Source: a virus
Length of the DNA stretch: 61,980 nucleotides
Strand: one strand, 5' to 3'
Virus record (IMG/VR): IMGVR_UViG_3300026290_000012
Location: 1-61,980 of that record
A program made the position numbers and the translations under genes. Positions 1 through 9,564 of this stretch are shown one piece after another. The notes below the pieces were generated by a model, which did not search any database, had not been told where the DNA came from, and saw only the letters and a program-made list of their open reading frames with translations. The stretch's first letter is position 1. The number at the start of each line of letters is the position of its first letter.

Positions 1-41
1 CTTGCGGTAAAGATACATCTTACTCTTACTCATGCGGAACT

Positions 42-275
42 TCAAATTAGAACCTCCATACCATTCATCCATGCCTGTAACCATCCATGTTCTGTCCAAT
101 ACCTACACATATCGACAAATGTGTAAGTCTTGTTCTCATACTCTATCTTACGAGGAATATTCTTACCATTGACAAAATCAAGGAATGCTACTTTCATAAC
201 CGATTCAAAAGATTCAATGGTAATCCATCGTTCTTTTTGCATTTTTTCCATATAATAATAATGTGCAACTGACAT
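42..275 (-). CDS. hypothetical protein (77 aa)
   Basis: Co-oriented, tightly packed with the minus-strand operon; no recognisable motif. Confidence 0.55.
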   Translation of the reverse strand: MSVAHYYYMEKMQKERWITIESFESVMKVAFLDFVNGKNIPRKIEYENKTYTFVDMCRYWTEHGWLQAWMNGMEVLI

Positions 276-345
276 CTAATCCATCTCCGAAGTAATACAG
301 TAATCTGAATATGTTTTTCTCACTGTTATGCGCTTTAAAATTGAT

Positions 346-759
346 TTAAAGGTTGTTATGAAAAAACCCATTATCACCATGATCAAGTGGTTTGTCATAT
401 TTATAATACCAAACTTTAGGTGGTATATATGGTTCAAATTTATACGGGTTAGATTTCTTCCATAATTCAAGTCTTTTCTCGTTTTCATAAATACCAATTT
501 CACCCTTTAACCGCTTTACTTCTTCTTCAAGTTCTTTGATCTTATCTTTTAATGTGTCTATTTCATTACAATCTTCAATCTCTAATTTATTTACAAACAT
601 TTCGATGATAATTGAACTTACCGATTCAATTTCTTCTGTGTAAGTGATTTTTGTTACACCCTTCATTTCCTTATTATCAATAAAAACATTCTTAACTCGA
701 TACCCATCATTTACAATTTTAACATCATGTAAATCTAAACCCATTATAATCACCAACAT
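346..759 (-). CDS. hypothetical protein with coiled-coil segment
   Basis: Operon packing; heptad-like IDTLKDKIKELEEEVKRLKGEI. Confidence 0.6.
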   Translation of the reverse strand: MLVIIMGLDLHDVKIVNDGYRVKNVFIDNKEMKGVTKITYTEEIESVSSIIIEMFVNKLEIEDCNEIDTLKDKIKELEEEVKRLKGEIGIYENEKRLELWKKSNPYKFEPYIPPKVWYYKYDKPLDHGDNGFFHNNL

Positions 760-953
760 CCATAGTCTGTAAGATTAATACATTCACCACAGTGTTCACA
801 TTCTGCCATTTTAACAGTACCAATACCCGTTCCAGTAAAAGTAATGTGAATAGTGGATTGATACTTGTTATCATCAAAGCATCGCTCATGATGCTGGATG
901 AATTGATTAAATTGTGCAAGTTCATTTTCATTGAGTTCTAACATTATCCACAC
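750..953 (-). CDS. small hypothetical protein with C-terminal CxxC knuckle
   Basis: Overlaps the RNR stop; CEHCG motif. Confidence 0.6.
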   Translation of the reverse strand: MWIMLELNENELAQFNQFIQHHERCFDDNKYQSTIHITFTGTGIGTVKMAECEHCGECINLTDYGCW

Positions 954-3532
954 CTACTGTATCCACATGCACACGTAACACATCCTTCAACCATACTCAT
1001 TTTCTCACCACATTCAGGGCAGATATTTGATTTAGTCTTTACTTCTTTCTTACAAGGTATAGGAGAGGGTTCTAAATCCTTATCAGGAATTAGACTCTCT
1101 ATTACTCTTCCTACAACATCTGCACATGACTTTCCATCAGATTTACCTTCAGAGAATTTCTTGTAAGCGACAGGGCAAGTAACATTACGCAGAGTTTTAA
1201 TTATATCCCATGTAGGAACATTCCAACGCATTGCAAGTGAAATCATCTGCCCAAGTGCATCATTCATAGCGGTGCAACCACCTTTGTTGTTTATAATGCA
1301 CTCATACGGCTTGCCGTCCTTCTCTGCAACAGAGATGATTAGTTTGCCACAACCACTACGACGCTTACTATTTGTAGCGGGAAGGTCAGCGGGACGTTTG
1401 GGAAGGATTCTTTCATCGGTAAGTGTTGTTACAGGAGTTGATGTTGATTCTTTCTTTAGTTCCATAACAATATCATTTCTGCTGCCTGTTACGTAAATGG
1501 TAACTCCCTTACACTTTTTCTCATAAGCATAAAGAATTGCACTTCTAATGTCATCTTTAGTAGCGCCTGAAGGCATATTGATAGTCTTACTGATAGCAGC
1601 ATGACAATACTGCTGAAACGCTGCCTGCATGTCAATGTGTGCCTTCCAATCAATGTCTAGTGCGGTTTTGAACACAGATTTAAACTCTACGGGCAACCAT
1701 GTAATATCCTGAATAGTTCCTGTTTCGTAAGCATGATTAACTACTTCCTGTTTCTTCTTATCCCACTGTGTAAATTCACAATGCGTTTCGATATACTCAT
1801 CTAACTTTTCCTCAAATACCGGATCAACCATTAGGTATCCTTTCTTTTCGCCGTCTACCCATGTGTAACGCTTATGCACCAGGGAGAATACAGGTTCAAT
1901 ACCATATGAGGTTTCAGAAAGTGTTGCAATGCTTCCAGTGGGCGCTATGCACGTTGTAGTAGCATTACGCATTGGAATATCTTGTAGGAACCACTGTGAA
2001 CCTTCATAAGCGGGGAATGTTCCAAGTTCTTTTGCAAGTTCACGCGATGTCAAAACAGACATATCATTAAGAATACCCATGACTAATCTTGCCTGATACA
2101 ATGCATCAGAACTATCGTAAGGAATACCCATCTTCATAAGCATGTGATGGAATCCCATGTAACCCAATCCAATCTTACGAGTCTTTTTACTCGCGTCTGC
2201 AATCTCTTCAATAGGATATTTGTTAAGATCAATAATTTTATCAAGAAACTCTGTTGCTTGTTCAATTGTGTTGATTAGTTTTGAAGTATTAAGTTTATCA
2301 TTATCTATGTAGTTAGATAAATTTATACTACCTAGATTACAAGACTCGTAAGGCAGTAGCGGCTCTTCACCACAGTTACGAACTAAAATATCATTTGCAA
2401 AATAATTATGATACTTGTTTACTGTCATACTGTAAACATCTTCTGTATGATCAAGATATTCTACATGATCAACCATTTCTAGTTCTTTAGAGTAATTAAA
2501 TAACTGCCAATTTTTCATTAGATTTTGTGCTTCAATATATCCAATATCACATACAAATATCTTATGTTCGGGTGTGCAAATTATTTCTCTTTTTGTTGTA
2601 ACAATTTTTACTAAACTTGCATTTTCTCGTGTCTTTCTAATATTAAATGCATTATATTCATATATTGGGTATTGCCATGAATTAATATCAACACAATATA
2701 CCTTTACCTTCTTCCCTACAAGTTCTTTAATTGGAATATCACCATTAACAGTTTTAATTAATGTGCTTCCAATTAAACAAGGATTTGTCGCCTCAATATT
2801 ACCAAGATGTTTACAAGTATTTACATCATTGATATAATCGTAAAACAAAACTCCAGGTTCGCCTGTCTTAGAAATTCCATCTACAATTAAATCAAATAAT
2901 TCTTTTGCTCTTACTGTTTTGTAAACTTTACCATTAAAATGAAGATTGTAATCTGAATCATCTTTTACTGCTTTAATAAATTCATTATCAATCATCACTG
3001 AAATATTGAAATTAGAAAGATCACCTTCAGTATTCTTACACGTAATAAATTTCTCAATGTCAGGATGCCAAACAGGGAGAACACCCATATTCGCACCCCT
3101 TCTTTTAGATCCCTGCTTCACAGCATCAGTAGCAGCATTAAACACTTTCATGAAAGAAATAGGGCCGGATGCAACACCATCTGTTCCATTTACTTTATCA
3201 CCTTCAGGTCGAAGATTGCCAAATGAAAAACCCGTGCCTCCAGCAGCCTTATGAATCAATGCTGCATTCTTAATTGCATCAAAGATTCCTTCCATTGAAT
3301 CTGGAACCTTCAAAACAAAACATGCAGAAAGTTGTCCAATACTTGTTCCCGCATTCATCAAAGCAGGTGAATTAGGCACAAAATCTTTATTCACCATCAT
3401 GTCGTAATATATCTCCCTCTCATCATCCGTATTTCCTACATAGTCTGCAACTCTTCTACAAACATCTTCCCAGGATGATTCACCTTCACGAAAATAACGA
3501 GCAGCGAGAACTTCATTAACGATGTCACTCAT
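944..3532 (-). CDS. nrdJ: class II (B12-dependent) ribonucleotide reductase, intein-containing
   Basis: PNSPALMNAG, GGGTGFSF, RRGANMGVL, ATNP|CGEEPL, TCIAPTGS motifs; C-terminal TSCPD-like and Zn-ribbon tail; no small-subunit gene in the window. Confidence 0.92.
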   Translation of the reverse strand: MSDIVNEVLAARYFREGESSWEDVCRRVADYVGNTDDEREIYYDMMVNKDFVPNSPALMNAGTSIGQLSACFVLKVPDSMEGIFDAIKNAALIHKAAGGTGFSFGNLRPEGDKVNGTDGVASGPISFMKVFNAATDAVKQGSKRRGANMGVLPVWHPDIEKFITCKNTEGDLSNFNISVMIDNEFIKAVKDDSDYNLHFNGKVYKTVRAKELFDLIVDGISKTGEPGVLFYDYINDVNTCKHLGNIEATNPCLIGSTLIKTVNGDIPIKELVGKKVKVYCVDINSWQYPIYEYNAFNIRKTRENASLVKIVTTKREIICTPEHKIFVCDIGYIEAQNLMKNWQLFNYSKELEMVDHVEYLDHTEDVYSMTVNKYHNYFANDILVRNCGEEPLLPYESCNLGSINLSNYIDNDKLNTSKLINTIEQATEFLDKIIDLNKYPIEEIADASKKTRKIGLGYMGFHHMLMKMGIPYDSSDALYQARLVMGILNDMSVLTSRELAKELGTFPAYEGSQWFLQDIPMRNATTTCIAPTGSIATLSETSYGIEPVFSLVHKRYTWVDGEKKGYLMVDPVFEEKLDEYIETHCEFTQWDKKKQEVVNHAYETGTIQDITWLPVEFKSVFKTALDIDWKAHIDMQAAFQQYCHAAISKTINMPSGATKDDIRSAILYAYEKKCKGVTIYVTGSRNDIVMELKKESTSTPVTTLTDERILPKRPADLPATNSKRRSGCGKLIISVAEKDGKPYECIINNKGGCTAMNDALGQMISLAMRWNVPTWDIIKTLRNVTCPVAYKKFSEGKSDGKSCADVVGRVIESLIPDKDLEPSPIPCKKEVKTKSNICPECGEKMSMVEGCVTCACGYSRCG
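2375..2779 (-). mobile_element. mini-intein (135 aa, no endonuclease) in RNR
   Basis: Begins CLIGSTLIKTVNG after ATNP; block B-like CTPEHKIF; ends DVYSMTVNKYHNYFANDILVRN followed by Cys+1 of CGEEPL. Confidence 0.92.
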
Positions 3533-3537
3533 AGTAA

Positions 3538-3909
3538 TTACCTCTTGAATAGTTTGTAAGTGTAGGCGTGTGCATTAAAATATTTAGCACAATACTTTGC
3601 AGTCTTTGGACCATTGAATAATTTACAAGAGAATACATCAATATAGCAACAATCAGTCTCCTCACTGAAGTGTGCCGTGATACATGATGTTTCAATCAGT
3701 TGCATTACAGAGTAACCGTAAAGATGAGGTTCAGTTCCAAAGCGTTCTGCAATCATATCTCCATGACGTTTCATTTCAATATAATTGCACAGATCAATCA
3801 TCCACGCCTTGATATACTCAATGTCACAAATCTTTTCGTGATTGCACTCAAAAAGATTCATGTGTAATGATAAACCAAAGTCACCCTTCAAGTTATTCCA
3901 CCTTCTCAA
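3538..3909 (-). CDS. speD: S-adenosylmethionine decarboxylase proenzyme family (pyruvoyl-dependent)
   Basis: GYSVMQLIETSCITAHF and CYIDVFSCK match the AdoMetDC self-cleavage and C-terminal motifs. Confidence 0.8.
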   Translation of the reverse strand: MRRWNNLKGDFGLSLHMNLFECNHEKICDIEYIKAWMIDLCNYIEMKRHGDMIAERFGTEPHLYGYSVMQLIETSCITAHFSEETDCCYIDVFSCKLFNGPKTAKYCAKYFNAHAYTYKLFKR

Positions 3910-4135
3910 GTCTCATTACCATTTTCTCATACTCGTAATATTTACCTGTCTTTTCAATAATCTTACTCTGTGCATTCTTGATTACGGGTTCATCCATTGC
4001 CATTCCAATGACCTGCTCATTTTCATCTCTGATTATGTATGTTGGATAACCCGAAAGGAAAAAGGAGAATGTTGCTCTAATATACTGATCGTTCTGATTC
4101 TGACTTTGATTCTGTGTTTTAACCATCTTAATCAA
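3893..4135 (-). CDS. hypothetical protein (80 aa)
   Basis: Overlapping starts/stops with neighbours. Confidence 0.55.
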   Translation of the reverse strand: MIKMVKTQNQSQNQNDQYIRATFSFFLSGYPTYIIRDENEQVIGMAMDEPVIKNAQSKIIEKTGKYYEYEKMVMRLEKVE

Positions 4136-4784
4136 CTCCTACAAGTCTTTCAATATCATTTTCATCTCGCGTTATATAAATGTGTGGAATTAGACTAATG
4201 TGTTGATAGCGTCCTACGGGTAATCCAAGTGCATCTGCAATGTATTTTTGAAGATGAACAAGTCCAAATGCATTTTGCCCGAATGCCGCGCACATATCAT
4301 TGCTACGGAAGGTTACATTCATGCACAACTTTCCATCGATGATTACACATTGCACATGATTTAGACAGGGGCAATTCTCCATATCAAAATGCACAGGTGG
4401 ATTCCAAAGACTCATTACTGCTTGGCGAGAAGTAGGATGTTCTCTAAGTTCATTGATTACATATTCCACTTGATTGAAAATGTTGCATGCAGGGCCGTTT
4501 AAATCATATTCATATCGAAATAAAAGATTATGATACGTGTAATCAAAGTCTGCCTTAGTTCCATGTAGAATCTGATCTGCATACTGTTCTGCAAACATCC
4601 TACCAAATGCTGCTTTATCACTTACCATTGGTTCTGTGAATGGATTATCAATCACAATACAAGAACCATCAATCTCAAGTGTCTTTTCACCTTTCGTAGT
4701 AATGCGCTCGTAACCCTTACTGTATATTTCCTTTACAATAAGTTCATGTGCCTTACCAATACAATACGTATGAATCATCTTCAT
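4128..4784 (-). CDS. thyA: thymidylate synthase, short archaeal type
   Basis: SRQAVMSLWNP, catalytic PCL, FRSNDM, Asn in GQNAFGL (dUMP-specificity position), HIY. Confidence 0.88.
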   Translation of the reverse strand: MKMIHTYCIGKAHELIVKEIYSKGYERITTKGEKTLEIDGSCIVIDNPFTEPMVSDKAAFGRMFAEQYADQILHGTKADFDYTYHNLLFRYEYDLNGPACNIFNQVEYVINELREHPTSRQAVMSLWNPPVHFDMENCPCLNHVQCVIIDGKLCMNVTFRSNDMCAAFGQNAFGLVHLQKYIADALGLPVGRYQHISLIPHIYITRDENDIERLVGVD

Positions 4785-4786
4785 GG

Positions 4787-5659
4787 TTACACCAATAACT
4801 GTTTCAAGAGAAAGTCAATCTCATCCTGCAAATAATCAAGCGATAAATTATTGTTTATTCTACACGTAAACAATTCACTATCTTTATGTATTGTAAACAT
4901 ACCTTCATCTCTCTCTACACGTTCCTTGCCTACACGTTTGATTCTGGTAGACAAATCAGCATAAACACGAATGCACTTGATGTCATACACTTCACTGAAA
5001 TTTTGCATGAGGTAAATCAATCCACGCTCATCAATAACATACGTGTTAAAATCCAGCACATCCTTCTTCAGACAACAGTAGCGATGCCCACCAAATTCAG
5101 TGTAGGCAATCATATCATCATGCGAGAAAGTATCAAACTCTTCTTTGGTTACAAATGTATGACCTGTCTCACCTGGATAACGCATAGGACGATCAGTGTA
5201 GGACTCCATCATCTTGATACCATGTTCACGTTCTATGTATTCTGCAATGGTTGTCTTACCGCTACCCGATTCACCTACAATGCAGATAATGAGAGGTTTA
5301 CGATTTGCCTTACGTGTAATAAAACGATAAATCTCATTCCAGTTCATGATATTACACGGATACGCTTTATCATCAATGTAGACATCTGCACCAATCTTTC
5401 TACAATCGTTACCATACTCTTCAATACGGTAACAAAGGTTCTCATTAACAGCAGAATACTTGATTCCCATTTGTTTAAGGAAATCAATCATATCCTGTTC
5501 TTCCTTGCCCTGTCGGCAAGAATTGATGATAATCTCATGCCCTGCATCAAACAGTTCATTGATCACCTTCTTTGCATTGCGCTTCAGATAACCAATGCCA
5601 GGATACTTGTTTGTTACAATAGTTCCATCGAAGTCTACTGCAATGACTAATTTCTTCAT
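4787..5659 (-). CDS. HAD-family phosphatase fused to guanylate-kinase-like P-loop kinase
   Basis: N-terminal IAVDFDGT and YIDDK; C-terminal GESGSGKTT, SYTDRPMR, YTEFGGHRY. Start moved to ATG 5659 because of an upstream GGTGA RBS. Confidence 0.8.
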   Translation of the reverse strand: MKKLVIAVDFDGTIVTNKYPGIGYLKRNAKKVINELFDAGHEIIINSCRQGKEEQDMIDFLKQMGIKYSAVNENLCYRIEEYGNDCRKIGADVYIDDKAYPCNIMNWNEIYRFITRKANRKPLIICIVGESGSGKTTIAEYIEREHGIKMMESYTDRPMRYPGETGHTFVTKEEFDTFSHDDMIAYTEFGGHRYCCLKKDVLDFNTYVIDERGLIYLMQNFSEVYDIKCIRVYADLSTRIKRVGKERVERDEGMFTIHKDSELFTCRINNNLSLDYLQDEIDFLLKQLLV

Positions 5660-6063
5660 AAAATCACCATTGATGTTATAAATCCTAACCAAAATGTAAG
5701 AAACGCTACAGTGAGTAAATCATACCTATTATGTTGTTCTTCAGTTATTTCTTCAGTAAACAAAACCTCATCATCCTCTTCCATTTCCTCCAATTCATCA
5801 ATGATCATATCTACATCAATGAATCGTACTTCGGATTGAGGATTGATTTCTGCTATCGCTTTCAGTGTAATGAGAAAACGTGTAACAGCAACAGCAAACT
5901 CCTCATCGTCAAACGATGTAATAAAAAGCGTAGATGACGCTAATCCATTTACATCATATCTTTCAGTTAATTCATTGTAGCGACACTCGAAACCACAAAA
6001 GTCAAGGAAATTGTGAGGGGTGTAACATTTACTCTCCTCATCATACATATCTAGGTAGAACAA
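5656..6063 (-). CDS. acidic hypothetical protein with C-terminal transmembrane helix
   Basis: Asp/Glu-rich; hydrophobic LLTVAFLTFWLGFITSMVIL tail. Confidence 0.6.
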   Translation of the reverse strand: MFYLDMYDEESKCYTPHNFLDFCGFECRYNELTERYDVNGLASSTLFITSFDDEEFAVAVTRFLITLKAIAEINPQSEVRFIDVDMIIDELEEMEEDDEVLFTEEITEEQHNRYDLLTVAFLTFWLGFITSMVIL

Positions 6064-6954
6064 TTAATCAACTCCAGTTTGAATGTCTCTGATTCTCTGC
6101 TGATAATACTGGAAGATGTTTCGTGGTGCTTTACAGTTATGTTTCCTACACTCTTCATTGATGTATTTTGCAACCAATGGCATTGCAACTTTAATATCAG
6201 TAAAGTCACTACCAATATCTGTTCTTACCTTTTCTATTGCACCGTAGATTTCAGAATCAGGTAAAATAGGCAATTGAATTTTATCTTTTTCTTCCATTCT
6301 AGGTATCTTTTCCAGAGAAGGAAGATCTTGCTTCTCTTTGAAGTAAACAATACCTCTCTTAGTTCCTGCACCTTCACCACAATTCCAGGGTAGTTCAGCC
6401 CAAACCTTTCCTACAACACCTTCCATACTGTTATCTTTCGCCTTCTCAATCATCTCATCCTTGAACTTGTAAAGGGATTCAATGGTTGAAACATTGCACG
6501 TTCCATATAAATCCACTACAGGAATATCAAAGTGGTAACAAGTCTGATACACTTTATTGTAATGTAGGAATCTATTTTGTTTCGTGCTCCAAATATCAAA
6601 CACTACAAAGTCAAAATCCTCATGCATTTCAATGCGCGTAGGTGAACGTCCTTTCATCAACATCTCACCAAACACTACAAGTTCATCACCATAATCACGT
6701 TCATTGAGAATCATTTCTCGAATTGAATCAACATGAGGCGTTTGATTGAATCCACTGTAAAACATATCAGAGGCATTTGCTAGATTCCTACTGCGTAAAT
6801 GAATGTTATTTTCATCATTTAAACAGATTCCAAGGCAGGAACCATCTCTTTTTACTTGAAAAAAGATTTCCTGACCCAAAAGAATCTCAGGGTTAGGTTT
6901 CAGATTTGCAATCCTTTCAAGTTCTGGATACCTGATCTTATCAATCTCAATCAT
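6064..6954 (-). CDS. ATP-dependent RNA ligase-like nucleotidyltransferase
   Basis: Motif I KRDGS, III VFGEM, IIIa FVVFDI, IV EGVVGK, V FKEK; no OB domain recognisable. Confidence 0.75.
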   Translation of the reverse strand: MIEIDKIRYPELERIANLKPNPEILLGQEIFFQVKRDGSCLGICLNDENNIHLRSRNLANASDMFYSGFNQTPHVDSIREMILNERDYGDELVVFGEMLMKGRSPTRIEMHEDFDFVVFDIWSTKQNRFLHYNKVYQTCYHFDIPVVDLYGTCNVSTIESLYKFKDEMIEKAKDNSMEGVVGKVWAELPWNCGEGAGTKRGIVYFKEKQDLPSLEKIPRMEEKDKIQLPILPDSEIYGAIEKVRTDIGSDFTDIKVAMPLVAKYINEECRKHNCKAPRNIFQYYQQRIRDIQTGVD

Positions 6955-7050
6955 CCTTTCACCTGCATAATTAGTTTTCAGTCTGATTATATATATCTTA
7001 TGTTTTTGACGGAGAGTGTATCAATTACAATACACGTTATGAAACACCCA

Positions 7051-7188
7051 CCACAATCAAAAAATCATACCAAAGTCATAGCATTTTCGCATGGTTTAGC
7101 ACCCTATCTCTTGTGGGATGAACATTTATATCACCCTGAAAAAACATATCGAAAAAACGTGCATTTTACTCAAAGAATTGAAGAGATT
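7051..7188. repeat. dispersed ~125-bp non-coding repeat, copy 1
   Basis: CCACAATCAAAAAATCATA identical to 28764-28782; TTTTACTCAAAG lies 125 nt from the start, versus 124 nt in copy 3. Confidence 0.75.
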
Positions 7189-9512
7189 TACCAAAACCTC
7201 TCAACACCATCCAGTTCATGTATGTTCCATCCCATACTCAAGAATATGTAATGGAATTTCTCATCGATCAACTTCTCTGCCATGCGCGCATAATCTATAA
7301 TGAATCCTTCAGGTATTGGTTGCTCATCGGTGAATGATATTGCATGGGTCTTAGGCAGTCCAGGTGGAACATCTTTGACATAGACATATTTCACCTTCTC
7401 CATCTTGATGTTACCATTACAATATTTATTGAAATAGATTGCACCGTGGATATGAATAGGCATGTTAGAAGTGTATTCGTGAAATTCCTTTGATACACCT
7501 TTTGGAATACCTATTTCGTAAGGAGAGTATTCACCTGCAATGATCTTGTCCCTTACATTCTTCACCATTGGGAATATCTCATCCTTACCCTTACCCGTAA
7601 GAATCATCCGAAACACATTACTCTGTAACTCTCTAATTATGGTAGGTGTGTCACTACGCTTTGCCTCAAATCCCTTGATTTCAAGTTTGGGGTGTTCAGA
7701 TATATCAACACCATCCTTGTATACAATTAGACCTGCATATCGCTTCTTTACGGCATTATCATACTCATCACCCACAAAGAATACATTACTGTAAATCTTT
7801 TCAAATTCAATGAACATTTTGTTGTAGGTTGAATCACCAAATTCTGTTTCACAAAAGTAATCAAGTGAGTTGTTAATGTAATCGATTGTGTCGTTACCTT
7901 CTTTAATTAATTCGGACAACGTATTACTCTTTAAATCGAAAATGCAAGCGTCAGTGTCCCCGGCCACTATATTATGTCCTCTCTCTTTTATCTTTTCCTG
8001 CATCCACAAATTAGTTCTCCTACCGAAGTAAGTAATAGACTTACCAATATCTCGCGTAAACAATCTGAAATGTGGTGCAAGCATCACTCCATAGACCGAG
8101 TTGAGTAAGAACTTGCACACGGTCTGAATAGTATCCCACATTTCGTAATCATGTGAACCATGTTCAAAGGTATCACGCTTCTTTTTAAACTCCTGTCGTA
8201 AATTCCATAGATCCTCTACTACACGCGGAATGAAACCACGCTTATCCAGGCTGAAGTAAACATCATCTACCTGCACATATTTGTTACATTTTGTTACATC
8301 ATGCACAATCGTTTCCGGTGACATATTACATGTAAGAATCGCGGTAGGATACAAAGAACGCACATCACCCACAGCAACGTTCTGATGGACTCCTACCGTT
8401 GGTGTAATTACAATAGCGCCTGTAATTTTTGTGTAATCCTTCTGCTTACGAGTAGTGGGTAGGACAATGCCATACTCCTTAGCCTTGAGTAAGAAGAAAC
8501 AATCCAGCACCTTACTGTTGTAGAATACATCATACCAACTGCAAAAGGTAAAGCGACGAATGGTATCAAAGTATTTGACAATCCCCTTTGACTCTTCAAT
8601 CTTTACCATAAGATAGACATCTTTGATATTATACTCAATGAACTTGTCAAGATTGTTACGCCAAAAGTCTTGGAACTTCTCTTCATGTTCTATTTTCCCT
8701 ACACCTAACTCTTTTTGTGAAATGTATTCCAGGGAATATGATTCCATCTCTTGCGTAGACAGTTTTCTGTAACAAACCATTAAATCCAACCAGATTCTAC
8801 ATCGTGGTTTGTCTGCCATGTCTCCATAACCCTTACTCATTTGTTTAATGGGAGATAACAAACGTGGATTAATTCTCAACGCCTTCATGCGGTTAAACAG
8901 GTAAGGGTAATCAAATCTATCACCGTTCCAGGCAAGAAAGAGATCAAAATCTAACTGCTGTACAAAGGTAAGGAATTTATTGAGCATTTCCTTTTCAGTG
9001 GTAAACATGAATATGCGCGCTTCAACTTCATGTCCATCAAACTGAATCTTACGTGTGTATTTGTCCTTACTGACTACTCCATCCGGTGCAACGGTAAAAC
9101 AATAGTAGAGGTTACGAAAGTTGTCATAGGCAGCAATGGAAGTAATTGTAGTGTCGGCCTTTGCAATGTTAGGGATTCCATCCGTTTCAATATCAAAAAA
9201 ACATATCCTAATCGTCTCGCTTTCAATACCTGTTTGATAATAATTATCAATCAAATATCTTGTAGTGGAAGGAACATCAGCCTCATACGTGTTCTTATAC
9301 AACTTCTTATTGTCCCTATAATCTTTCTGATTGACACACGTAATACGCTGTAATGTCTCACCAAACAGAGAATAGTAGGTTTCTCCTACAATGTTCTGTC
9401 GTGGCACGTAAAAATAAGGTTGGAAATGATTGATACGTTGCTCGTAACGCTTACCGTGTTCATCCCGACCACGAATGATAATAGAATCCCCTATCGCTTC
9501 GGTTATAATCAT
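7188..9512 (-). CDS. polB: family B DNA polymerase
   Basis: Exo motifs FDIET, WNGDRFD, YNIKD; pol motifs DVRSLYP, KFLLNSVYG, GDTD. Confidence 0.96.
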   Translation of the reverse strand: MIITEAIGDSIIIRGRDEHGKRYEQRINHFQPYFYVPRQNIVGETYYSLFGETLQRITCVNQKDYRDNKKLYKNTYEADVPSTTRYLIDNYYQTGIESETIRICFFDIETDGIPNIAKADTTITSIAAYDNFRNLYYCFTVAPDGVVSKDKYTRKIQFDGHEVEARIFMFTTEKEMLNKFLTFVQQLDFDLFLAWNGDRFDYPYLFNRMKALRINPRLLSPIKQMSKGYGDMADKPRCRIWLDLMVCYRKLSTQEMESYSLEYISQKELGVGKIEHEEKFQDFWRNNLDKFIEYNIKDVYLMVKIEESKGIVKYFDTIRRFTFCSWYDVFYNSKVLDCFFLLKAKEYGIVLPTTRKQKDYTKITGAIVITPTVGVHQNVAVGDVRSLYPTAILTCNMSPETIVHDVTKCNKYVQVDDVYFSLDKRGFIPRVVEDLWNLRQEFKKKRDTFEHGSHDYEMWDTIQTVCKFLLNSVYGVMLAPHFRLFTRDIGKSITYFGRRTNLWMQEKIKERGHNIVAGDTDACIFDLKSNTLSELIKEGNDTIDYINNSLDYFCETEFGDSTYNKMFIEFEKIYSNVFFVGDEYDNAVKKRYAGLIVYKDGVDISEHPKLEIKGFEAKRSDTPTIIRELQSNVFRMILTGKGKDEIFPMVKNVRDKIIAGEYSPYEIGIPKGVSKEFHEYTSNMPIHIHGAIYFNKYCNGNIKMEKVKYVYVKDVPPGLPKTHAISFTDEQPIPEGFIIDYARMAEKLIDEKFHYIFLSMGWNIHELDGVERFW

Positions 9513-9535
9513 ACGTAATGATTATAATTTGTGGG

Positions 9536-9552
9536 GTTATAAACTTATTGAA
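9536..9552 (-). promoter_or_regulatory. archaeal BRE/TATA promoter, probably giving a leaderless polB mRNA
   Basis: Minus strand AATAAGTTTATAAC, about 26 nt before the ATG; no RBS. Confidence 0.5.
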
Positions 9553-9564
9553 TTGAAAAAAGAG

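Noticed and set aside
4886-5650. Long plus-strand ORF and similar antisense ORFs (e.g. 12814..13323, 43259..43706, 50146..50610, 55632..56285)
   Set aside because: They lie wholly opposite well-supported genes, lack RBS and motifs, and are best explained as shadow ORFs.
7051-7188. MITE interpretation of the 125-bp repeat family
   Set aside because: No terminal inverted repeats, target-site duplications or transposase seen.
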